Of a stretch of 64,000 nt of DNA, positions 49,212 through 57,584 are shown one piece after another. Position numbers and translations under genes: made by a program. Positions within the stretch are counted from its first letter, which is position 1; the number at the start of each line of letters is the position of its first letter. Source of the stretch: an uncultured Verrucomicrobia subdivision 3 bacterium (GTDB lineage: Bacteria; Verrucomicrobiota; Verrucomicrobiia; Limisphaerales; UBA11358); assembly GCA_903917705.1 (NCBI GenBank), contig CAIXBQ010000133.1, positions 652 to 64,651 of the forward strand, given 5' to 3'. The notes below the pieces were generated by a model, which saw only the letters and a program-made list of their open reading frames with translations, did no database searches and had not been told where the DNA came from.

Positions 49212-50432
49212 TCAGATTTCTGTTTTTCCCCGGGCGGCGGCACAAACCTGCTCTGCAAAATCAACGGCCTTGCGACCGAGTGGCTGCCAGTCGAGTTCCG
49301 CTTTCACCCGCGCGGCGGATGCGGCGGCGTGCGGCTGCCAGTTGGCCACCGGCTCTTCCAGCCACGCCAGGATGCACTTCCCGAAAGATTCGCCGTTGAA
49401 CGTGGAAAATTTCACCAGCGGGTCGTTTTTGAAATAGCTCTGCACGCTTTTCAGCGGGGTGCAAACGGTCGGCAATCCGCTGGCAACGTATTCCACAATC
49501 TTGGCGACAAACGCGCAGTGCGTCCCGGCGGATTCCTCATAGGGCACAATGCCCACGCTGGCGCTGGTGAGTTGTTTGGAAACCTCCGCGTACGGTGTGA
49601 AACCCGCCGCCTCAAACTTGAAATTCGGAATCGCCTGCGCCCGGTGCAGGAATTTTTCCAGCCCGGCGGTGCGTCGGCCGACAAACCGGAAAATGGTCTC
49701 CGGGTTTTTCGCCGCAATATATTTCACCGCATCGAAAGCAATCTGGCCGAGGTGATGCGCGTCAAATGAGCCGTGCATGACAATGACCGGCGGCTGGCCC
49801 GCCGGCGGCGCCTGCCCGCGCAGGGGAAATGCCTGCGCGTCGTAGCCGTAATAGACCGGGCAGATTTTCTCGCGCGGATAACCGCGCGCCGCGAGCCGTC
49901 CGGAAAATTCATCGGAGATGGCGCAGACGCCGTCCACGCCATAGCGCCCGGGCAGCGACATCTCGTAGCGCATTAGCATGTGAACGAGCGGTTTTGGGGC
50001 GACATAAGCCGGCCACGTCTCCATGAAGCCGGTGAGCAGGTCGGGGAAATTCATCACCACCGTCACGCCCAGTTTCTTTTTTAGTTTCCCGGCGGCGACG
50101 GCGGAAATGGCATGCTGCGAAAACAGGAGGTCAAATGCCGCCTCCCGCGCGGCGGCTGCGACCATGCGCTCCAGGAAGAAGGGATAGGCAAGATATTTGA
50201 AATTGCGGAGCTTCGCGTATCGCCCCATTTCCCATCGGGTGAACGGGTGGAGGGTGACGCCGAATTTTTTCTGCACGCCGGCCGCGTTGTCAATCTGCGG
50301 GCCAAAGACGTGGACTTCGTGGCCGCGCCGGACCATTTCCTGGACCAGAAACACGGCCTCCGCCGAACCGCCGCCGGACGGCGGATAAAACGGTTCATGC
50401 GTGAGGAACGCGATGCGAAGTTTGGTCGGCAC
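49212..50432 (-). CDS. GT4 glycosyltransferase
   Basis: PPSGGG, RGHEVHV and KIVEY.ASGLP.V. Confidence 0.85.
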   Translation of the reverse strand: MPTKLRIAFLTHEPFYPPSGGGSAEAVFLVQEMVRRGHEVHVFGPQIDNAAGVQKKFGVTLHPFTRWEMGRYAKLRNFKYLAYPFFLERMVAAAAREAAFDLLFSQHAISAVAAGKLKKKLGVTVVMNFPDLLTGFMETWPAYVAPKPLVHMLMRYEMSLPGRYGVDGVCAISDEFSGRLAARGYPREKICPVYYGYDAQAFPLRGQAPPAGQPPVIVMHGSFDAHHLGQIAFDAVKYIAAKNPETIFRFVGRRTAGLEKFLHRAQAIPNFKFEAAGFTPYAEVSKQLTSASVGIVPYEESAGTHCAFVAKIVEYVASGLPTVCTPLKSVQSYFKNDPLVKFSTFNGESFGKCILAWLEEPVANWQPHAAASAARVKAELDWQPLGRKAVDFAEQVCAAARGKTEI

Positions 50433-50489
50433 GCGGAAACGCTAGGAATTTTGCCGCGCCGGTTCAATTCTTTTCCCCGTGAAAATGTT

Positions 50490-50517
50490 TTGACTTGTGG
50501 CCCAAAAAAATTAAATT
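50490..50517 (+). promoter_or_regulatory. Probable sigma70 promoter of tRNA-Ala
   Basis: TTGACT-N16-TAAATT ending about 20 bp upstream of the tRNA. Confidence 0.55.
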
Positions 50518-50536
50518 AGCAGTCCGTTTTGTGGAT

Positions 50537-50612
50537 GGGGTCATAGCTCAGTTGGTAGAGCGCCTGAATGGCATTCAGGAGGTCAGGAGTTCGAGCCTCC
50601 TTGGCTCCACCA
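50537..50612 (+). tRNA. tRNA-Ala(GGC)
   Basis: 76-nt cloverleaf; anticodon arm CCTGA-AT GGC AT-TCAGG; GTTCGA T-loop; encoded CCA. Confidence 0.97.
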
Positions 50613-50682
50613 TCCTCTTCAAGTTTTATTAGCAAGCTCGGCGGGCTGGGCGCACTCTTGGTTTTACCCGCGGCCTGCTCGC

Positions 50683-51597
50683 CTAATTCGGCGTGACTTC
50701 GGTGAAGGTTACCGAAGAACTTTTGCCTTGGGGCGTCGATTTCACCGACAAAGCCGCGTATTGTTTGCCTCTTAACAGCCAGGCAAAGTAGCCGTTCGGG
50801 GTCTGTTGTCTTGGCAGAAACAGCACCGGATGCCAGCCTTGCGCCCCCAGATTGGCCAGCGCCTCCTGAAACGCCTGGGTGGACGTTTCGCTTTTGGTGG
50901 CGATGGTCGTATGATAGCGCTCGCTGCCGCTTTGTTGCACCGCGTCCAGCGGCTGCCCGGGTTGCCTCGGACTTGCGACCAGAGCCGTTTTCATTTCTGT
51001 AAAAAAACCCGTGATTGACGGGGTCGCGGCTGCATAAATCTTTACGGCCGTTTTCCGGCTGTCATTTTTGCCAGGCTCGGCAGCAAGATGCATGCTCCAA
51101 TCCCCGCGGGTCACCACCAGGTTTGCATCCATGACTTTGCGGTAATTGGCAACGTAGCGCTCATCCTGCGAAGTGTTTGCCGCCTCGTGTGATTCCGGTT
51201 GCAGTCCGTAAGCCTCCTCGGTTACATCGCGCCAGCCGCGGGCAATCATTTGTTCGCGATAATAGGAAAGGATATCGGACGTGGAAGCTCCCGCTTCCCA
51301 TTCTTCGGTCAGAATCTGGACCCCGTTGATGACCGCGCTCTGGAGTTTGCCTGCACTGTTGCGGGGAAATTCCGGCCAGAATGGATGGACGACGGAGGCG
51401 GAAGCCGCGGGACGATTATTGTTACCCACAATTAATGGACGGTTGCGCAGCGGTGCTTGGCTGGCCAGAAACATCGCATGGATTTTCACCAACATGACCA
51501 AAGCGCAGAGAAAGGCAAAGATGACAATAATCGTCAGCAGCAACCTGCCGGCCAGATTGAGAACACCCAATCCGGTGATGGGAGCAACCCGCTTCAC
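50683..51597 (-). CDS. Hypothetical membrane-anchored protein, last gene of the Tad-like cassette
   Basis: N-terminal TM helix; begins 3 bp after the upstream stop. Confidence 0.65.
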   Translation of the reverse strand: MKRVAPITGLGVLNLAGRLLLTIIVIFAFLCALVMLVKIHAMFLASQAPLRNRPLIVGNNNRPAASASVVHPFWPEFPRNSAGKLQSAVINGVQILTEEWEAGASTSDILSYYREQMIARGWRDVTEEAYGLQPESHEAANTSQDERYVANYRKVMDANLVVTRGDWSMHLAAEPGKNDSRKTAVKIYAAATPSITGFFTEMKTALVASPRQPGQPLDAVQQSGSERYHTTIATKSETSTQAFQEALANLGAQGWHPVLFLPRQQTPNGYFAWLLRGKQYAALSVKSTPQGKSSSVTFTEVTPN

Positions 51598-51600
51598 AAC

Positions 51601-52185
51601 TTAAAAGAAACCTGAGACGAGGTTCTTGAGCGCGTTCCAGACTACTTTTAAAACCGTGTCGGCAGAACTCCAATTATCGGCTACACCATCCCATTGACAG
51701 GATGATTGCACGGATAAAACCCCGCTCAAGGTTGAATCGGGCATGAAGGGGACTTTCGCATTAAGTAAATCAAAGGGGAATGGGCTGGAGGCGCTGGCAC
51801 TTTGCACCCCGAATGTGACATTCACTTTGAACGGCCCGTTGGCCGCGGTTCCATCGGAAAGATCAAATAGTTTTGATATGCCTTTGGGGATGAAGGGGGG
51901 GACAAAACTGCTGACGGTTTCCGGCGTGGCACTTTTCACCGTGCTGATTCCGGTTTGATAGAAGAAATATTGATCCACCTGCCCGGCCGTTGGCATGGTT
52001 CCCTTGTTTGCCCCCTGATACCATGCGGCATAGCGCGCGGCCATGACCGTGCGGGTCTGATTATTGCCCAGGAAAAGCGCATAGGTGAAGACGATCCAGA
52101 CGAACGTCATTAATGCCAATCCGATGGCGGCTTCGGCCATGAACTGGCCCGCGCAGTTGCGACGGGGAGCGAGGGATATTTTCAT
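51601..52185 (-). CDS. TadE-like pseudopilin
   Basis: G|QFMAE cleavage motif, hydrophobic helix, AARYAAW. Confidence 0.75.
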   Translation of the reverse strand: MKISLAPRRNCAGQFMAEAAIGLALMTFVWIVFTYALFLGNNQTRTVMAARYAAWYQGANKGTMPTAGQVDQYFFYQTGISTVKSATPETVSSFVPPFIPKGISKLFDLSDGTAANGPFKVNVTFGVQSASASSPFPFDLLNAKVPFMPDSTLSGVLSVQSSCQWDGVADNWSSADTVLKVVWNALKNLVSGFF

Positions 52186-52199
52186 GTGCCTCCTTGCAT

Positions 52200-53462
52200 T
52201 TAATGATAGATGAAAAGATCTTCACCCGACTTAGGTGAACTGCCGGGCAGATAGACTTTGATCAACGTGCCGATGGCGTCGGCATCCCCTTTGCAGATCA
52301 CTGGGTGACCTTGCACCTGGCTGCTGGCGATGGCGACAAAACCGGGGATCTGCATGGGAATGTTGCCGCTCCCCATGATGCTCCCAGTATACATGACCTT
52401 GCTGACCTGGTCCGCATTCTGTTGATAATCTGAATTTTTCATGCCGCCGTTCAACCATGCCAGGTTCCCCAATCCCAACAGCTCGCCTTGCTGTTTCTTG
52501 CCTGCAATCCAGGTGCTGAATCCCGGCCAACCAAAAAAATACTGATCGTCCCATCCGTAAGTTCCATCCCAGTCGGCGTCTTTTGCGTAAGATTCCGATT
52601 CCTCCAGGGGCGGAGGAAAACCCAAATCCTCACACGCAGCGTATCCCGCCACCTGCCCCGCAATCCCCACCCATTCCGGCTGTTTCAATGGCCACCCATT
52701 ATTGTCTTTTTTCGTCACATAAAGACCCTTGGTTTCCGGTGAAAACAACCCGAACCCATCGGGATCTAGCGGCATGGCATAAATCGGGATTTGGCCCAGC
52801 ACGCTGCTGATCCCCCCAAGGATGCTGCTCACTCCGGGAAGATTTATTCCCAGCGCGGAAAGAATGCCGTTTAATGCCCCCCCGATCGCATTTCCAATGG
52901 TGTCGGCCCCGCTGCCTCTGGCGCAGGCATTCGCATTGGCAAAGGCGATATATGGCGTTGCATCCACAATCGCCTGCTCCACGGGCATGATCAAGGCATA
53001 AAATAACTGCTGGGCTAGATCAATCCATGGCATCGTGTCACAGACCCCACAGGTCACCATGCGCGCTGGCCGTAAAGCTTCTCCCGCCCCGAAAAATATG
53101 TCTGCCGCGAGTTCCGCCGCCAGCAGAACCGCCGAGGCAATGCAGGCAGCGGCTGCCGCGTCTTCGGCGATGCCGAGCGCCTCATCCACATCGTAATGCA
53201 GATTATTCAGATTCTGGAGCAGATTGCAGCCCCTCGCCTGCCAAAGCGCCGCCGAGTCGGCGGCGGAATCTACCGCATTCTGCGCGACAATGCGGTTGTA
53301 TATCGCCATGTTGGTGTCCAAGGCGATGATTCCGAACATGGTGACCAAAAACACCATCATGCCCGCCAGCAACGTGAGCGAACCGCGCTGATCCGAACGC
53401 AAAGCCTCCACCCGGTTCAATAACTTGAACCCGTCTCCGGTTTTTTGTGGGGTTTCATTCAT
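52200..53462 (-). CDS. TadG-like protein
   Basis: DQRG|S + hydrophobic helix + AQNAVDSAA motif. Confidence 0.75.
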   Translation of the reverse strand: MNETPQKTGDGFKLLNRVEALRSDQRGSLTLLAGMMVFLVTMFGIIALDTNMAIYNRIVAQNAVDSAADSAALWQARGCNLLQNLNNLHYDVDEALGIAEDAAAAACIASAVLLAAELAADIFFGAGEALRPARMVTCGVCDTMPWIDLAQQLFYALIMPVEQAIVDATPYIAFANANACARGSGADTIGNAIGGALNGILSALGINLPGVSSILGGISSVLGQIPIYAMPLDPDGFGLFSPETKGLYVTKKDNNGWPLKQPEWVGIAGQVAGYAACEDLGFPPPLEESESYAKDADWDGTYGWDDQYFFGWPGFSTWIAGKKQQGELLGLGNLAWLNGGMKNSDYQQNADQVSKVMYTGSIMGSGNIPMQIPGFVAIASSQVQGHPVICKGDADAIGTLIKVYLPGSSPKSGEDLFIYH

Positions 53463-53472
53463 AGGTCATCGG

Positions 53473-54594
53473 TTAGGGGCAATTGCACGGCATATCATTC
53501 AAACTCTGGCCGGTGTCCTGTTCAACCGCACTCTTGGCGGAGGCAAGCTTGCTCTGCGCCGCGCTGTTTGCGCTGTTGGCGGCGTCATAGGCATTTTGGT
53601 ATTTGGCCAGGTCGGCAACCGCGTCGTTGTATCCCGGATTATCTTTGGTGTCACCTTTCGCTATGATGCCGTCGTCCCGGCCATGGGCCGCGCTTAAATC
53701 GGACTTGGCGGTGCAGTAGGCATCGCACTTCTTCTTGGCATCGCTAACCGCCGCTTGGTAATTTTGCTGGTCTTGCTGGGATTTCTGGAGTGATTGTTGA
53801 CCATCCTGCCCCTTCGTGCTCGTTCCTGTGCTGTCGGTATCACTTCCTGTGGGGGGTAGGCGCGGACCGTCGTTATATTTCTGCCAGTTGGCGTATCCTA
53901 TCGAGCACTTGCTCTGGATGTTGATATACGGAAGAAAAATCGTTGGCAAATCGGGAAGCTTGATGCCAAACCCTGCCGCTTGAACTTGTGCCTGCTCATA
54001 TTCCCCCATGCCCTTGTTATAAGTTTGAACGGCCCCCGACAACCCTTGGGCGAGCGGTTGCATGCTGGAATAGATTTTGTCGCCCGTCACCAAATTCCAC
54101 ATGGCGGCCAAACCCGGCACAAAAATGGGTTGCGGGTAATTGATGATCGTATCCACCTGTTGTGGATTCCCCGTGACATTGTTGGACACGCTCCCTCCCA
54201 GCATTCCAAACCGCCCATATCTGGCAAAGCCATAGCCAATGAAATATTTGCCCGCCTCATTGCCCATCAAGGTGTTAAGAATCGGTATGTTGGGAACCAG
54301 CCCCCCCAGGCTGAGTTCACCCGGCGCCGGAGCCGCAATCGGTCCCAGCACCATTGCCGCCGCGTTTAGGGCCGTGTCTTGGGCCCCGCTTGAATCCACG
54401 GATTTATTGACTGCATAAACGCGGGCGGCCATGTAGGCTGCATAATTTCCCAATTGCGAGGCCCGGACATCGGCGAAGTATTGAAGCATCGCAAAAAAGA
54501 ACAAAAGGATGATGGGGATGACGATGACGAACTCCGTCATTGCCTGTCCGCTGTCATCTTTGACCAGATTCCAATGTAATGACCGTTTTTTCAT
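53473..54594 (-). CDS. TadE-like pseudopilin with C-terminal coiled-coil extension
   Basis: DDSG|QAMTEF...P and NYAAYMAAR; Ala/Gln-rich tail ending CNCP. Confidence 0.8.
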   Translation of the reverse strand: MKKRSLHWNLVKDDSGQAMTEFVIVIPIILLFFFAMLQYFADVRASQLGNYAAYMAARVYAVNKSVDSSGAQDTALNAAAMVLGPIAAPAPGELSLGGLVPNIPILNTLMGNEAGKYFIGYGFARYGRFGMLGGSVSNNVTGNPQQVDTIINYPQPIFVPGLAAMWNLVTGDKIYSSMQPLAQGLSGAVQTYNKGMGEYEQAQVQAAGFGIKLPDLPTIFLPYINIQSKCSIGYANWQKYNDGPRLPPTGSDTDSTGTSTKGQDGQQSLQKSQQDQQNYQAAVSDAKKKCDAYCTAKSDLSAAHGRDDGIIAKGDTKDNPGYNDAVADLAKYQNAYDAANSANSAAQSKLASAKSAVEQDTGQSLNDMPCNCP

Positions 54595-54606
54595 ACAGGG
54601 TTGAGA

Positions 54607-55161
54607 CTACATGCCTCCTCTGGCAAGCAAGGCCACCAGGCACCCCAGGGCGATGGCCATCCCGTACGGGACCGCAACCGGCACGTTGGGTGCCAGCGGT
54701 TGCGCCTCCCCCTTGCGCCAGAAGGCCAGACGCTGCAGTCCCCAGCCAATCCGCATCCAAAAATCTTTGCGCCAGATCACCATCATGACCGCGAGAAAGG
54801 CTCCGATAAACGCGGTGTAAAACAGCGCCGGCTTGATTAAATCAGCCCCCATCAAAGCCCCTGCCGCTCCCATCAATTTCACATCGCCGCCGCCCAGCCC
54901 GCCAAACACATAAAAAATGAACAGAAAACCAAAGCCGATTGCCAGGCCGCCCAAACTCATCCAGAACGCTCCCGTTCCATGCAGGTAGCTGATGAGCAAC
55001 CCCAAAGCCATCCCCGTAAGCGTCAGCCAATTCGGTATCCGCCGCTCCTTTAGCTCCACATAAACGGCGATGGCCAGCATCGTTGCCAGCACCAACAGCG
55101 CCGGTATTGAGTCGGCATTGTTTGCATAGACTGGCGCTCCGGCTTGTGTCAGCGGCTGCAT
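54607..55161 (-). CDS. A24 prepilin peptidase (TadV/CpaA-like)
   Basis: RRIPNWL, GGGDVKL and VPYG.AI. Confidence 0.88.
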   Translation of the reverse strand: MQPLTQAGAPVYANNADSIPALLVLATMLAIAVYVELKERRIPNWLTLTGMALGLLISYLHGTGAFWMSLGGLAIGFGFLFIFYVFGGLGGGDVKLMGAAGALMGADLIKPALFYTAFIGAFLAVMMVIWRKDFWMRIGWGLQRLAFWRKGEAQPLAPNVPVAVPYGMAIALGCLVALLARGGM

Positions 55162-55173
55162 AATTATCTCGGA

Positions 55174-55389
55174 TTAAGGCCCGGGAAATATCAGGAGTAA
55201 AGTCGTCAGGTCATATTGATCCCGGGCCCCCTGATAGAACCCGTTGTCGGGATTGAATAGATAAAATGTCAGCGGCAGGGTGATTCCAACGATGATGAGA
55301 TATTCCGTCATCGCGATGCCCCGGTCATCGCGCATGCATTCCCCAAACTTCGTCCAAACCTTCCGCCAGTCGAGCTTTCTGATGATCAT
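55174..55389 (-). CDS. Flp-like pilin
   Basis: RDDRG|IAMTEY Flp motif in a 71-aa ORF. Confidence 0.75.
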   Translation of the reverse strand: MIIRKLDWRKVWTKFGECMRDDRGIAMTEYLIIVGITLPLTFYLFNPDNGFYQGARDQYDLTTLLLIFPGP

Positions 55390-55489
55390 ATTGTTTTATG
55401 CTCTCCTTTTGATATTCTACGCCAGACGGGTCGGTAATTGCAAGTTTTTTATGGCTGGGGCTCGTGGCCCGTGTGCGTGTTCCCGGCGG

Positions 55490-56515
55490 TTACTCCACTG
55501 CCATCGGAACCGTTATGGATTTATCCTGATTCATTGAATCTCTAAATTTCAGTGTCAGCACATTGGTCTGGCCGGTCATTGTCTCCTGTTGCCAGGCGGT
55601 CACATAGATTCGGTAATTTAAGCCGGCCGGATCAGGGTCAATCTCGCAATGAAATTTATCGGATGGCGGAACCGCATCCAGCAGGGTCACCGGCGCGGCT
55701 CCGTGCTGTTTCAGCCAGAGAATCCGCGTCTGTGCCTCGCTCCGCGGTTGAAAGTTTAACCGCTCCGGGATCAACTCCAGATCGGGGGGATGATGGATGA
55801 AAACATTCACCAGACACGGCGCATCGTTGGACTCGGCGCTGCGTACCGTCACCCTGGCTACCGTGTTCCCGCGGGGATGGTTTTCTTTGACCCGCACGGT
55901 GAGAAAAAATCCGATCGGCGGCTTGGGCGCAACCGTGGCCTCCAGGTTCGTGTCATCGCAAAACACCCGGGACAAATCCGCATGCAGTGTTAACCGTGGT
56001 GAAATTTCCGCCGTTGCGGCCGTTTGTCCCTGGGCCAGATCCAGGCTGATGTCCGCCGGTATGATTTGATATGCGGATACCACCAGCCCGGACAATTCCA
56101 ATGGAAAAGACGGCTTTTGCGGATCGTTGCAATCCACCAGTATGGAACGCGAAATGGCGCCGCTCAATAGGCGCAAATCCAGGCGGCTTTGCAGCACGGC
56201 CTCTCCGCCGGGGGGTATGTTGGTCTTCTCCATGCCCGCTCGCAGGCAGGCGTTGCAACTCGAAAGCACCCGGCTGATCTCCAGCGGCGCATCGCCCGAA
56301 TTGCGAATGACAAACTGATGCGTCACTTCCGCCTGATTGGTCACGGCGCCAAAATTCCACAGCGCCTGATCCACTTCAGCCCGCGGAGCCCCAAACACGC
56401 CGCTCGGGACCACCAGCAAGGAACAGCATATCGCAACCCGGCCGGTAAACAACCGGCCGCCGCCCTTGAAAACCAGGTTCATCACCCAACCGGGCTTTTT
56501 GAAAACATGTGCCAT
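55490..56515 (-). CDS. DUF1573-like Ig-fold exported protein
   Basis: NFG......H.F.IRNSGDAPL.I....SSC.AC...IPPG. Confidence 0.75.
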   Translation of the reverse strand: MAHVFKKPGWVMNLVFKGGGRLFTGRVAICCSLLVVPSGVFGAPRAEVDQALWNFGAVTNQAEVTHQFVIRNSGDAPLEISRVLSSCNACLRAGMEKTNIPPGGEAVLQSRLDLRLLSGAISRSILVDCNDPQKPSFPLELSGLVVSAYQIIPADISLDLAQGQTAATAEISPRLTLHADLSRVFCDDTNLEATVAPKPPIGFFLTVRVKENHPRGNTVARVTVRSAESNDAPCLVNVFIHHPPDLELIPERLNFQPRSEAQTRILWLKQHGAAPVTLLDAVPPSDKFHCEIDPDPAGLNYRIYVTAWQQETMTGQTNVLTLKFRDSMNQDKSITVPMAVE

Positions 56516-56749
56516 TATCTCAGCAGGTTTGTGCTTTTTGACCTACTGGACCAGTCCCTGAATCTGCCCCGGCTCGTCCCCGCAAGCTGGTCGCGCGCAT
56601 TGATGGTTTGTGGTCAATTCGATTTTGAGATTACAAATCCCCTGTCAAATGGCAACGCCTAAACCGTAATTCCAACTCCCGGCAGCCAACTTTCATCTCC
56701 CGCCTACAACCCCGCCGCCCATCAATGTAGTATTTTTATATTTAATACT

Positions 56750-57420
56750 ATTTTTCACTTGCGTTCTTCGCCCGCTTGGACGATGCTTCCCTCCATGGTT
56801 GCCATGCCTTCAATCCGCTGCCTGGGGGCCTCGGTCCCCGGTCGCTCCCATCGCCGATTCGGCACTGGGTGTCCGGCCTCAAGTCTCATCCCTTGCTTCT
56901 CCAGTCTCCTTGGTGCCTTGGTGGTGAATTTCCGTTATCAATTCTCCAGGTTGGCCCGTGCGGCACGCACTTACCGCCTTCCGCTTTACCACCCCAAAAA
57001 ATGAAAGTGGTAAAGAAAAGGTAAAGTTTTTGTACCTCTATCAAGCACTTACAGAAGTTGCCCCCTTTGCTGGTAAAGTTTTTGGCAGAGGGGTGGTAAA
57101 GCACCTGACTTTTTCCCATTCGCGGCAATTGTTGGCCCGTGCGGCACGCACTTTCCGCTTTTCTCCGTTGTCCATAGTCCGTGGTCCCGTTATCTCAATT
57201 TCCGGTCTCATCCCTCGCTTTTTTAGTTTCCTTGGTGTCCTTGGTGCCTTGGTGGTTGTTTTCCGCTCTCCGTTTTTGTCTTTGCTGATCTCTGACCTCC
57301 GACCTCTGACCTCTGATTTTCCCCTCCTTCAGGTCTCGGGTCCCCAGGTCTCATCCCTTCAAATTTTGCTTCTCCGGTCTGGTTTGGTCCGGTTTGGTCC
57401 GGTTTGGTCTGGTCGGCGCC
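56750..57420. repeat. Composite repeat-rich intergenic region
   Basis: 23-bp direct repeat (56950, 57131), 13-bp inverted repeat (56983, 57090), CCTTGGTG, CTGACCT and GGTTTGGTCC runs. Confidence 0.75.
57039..57051 (+). promoter_or_regulatory. IHF consensus site
   Basis: TATCAAGCACTTA matches WATCAANNNNTTR, with an upstream A/T tract. Confidence 0.5.
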
Positions 57421-57584
57421 TCGAACCCGCTCCCCGCAGGTCCTTGCTTATCGCTTTCTGCCTTCCCACACTCCGGCACAAGCCAAAATTGGATTCAAGA
57501 GGGGTTTATCGTGCCAGAAAGGATCATGCCCCACTGGAGGTCGATTTCTGAAAGCTTTTGGTTGGTTCTTCCGTCTAACGCATT

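Noticed and set aside
56958-57551. 197-aa ORF in the repeat-rich intergenic region
   Set aside because: Low-complexity translation of micro-repeats with atypical codon usage.
50613-57584. Tad cassette as a classical tRNA-Ala integrative island
   Set aside because: No integrase and no duplicated tRNA-Ala 3' end found by eye; only composition and position support it.
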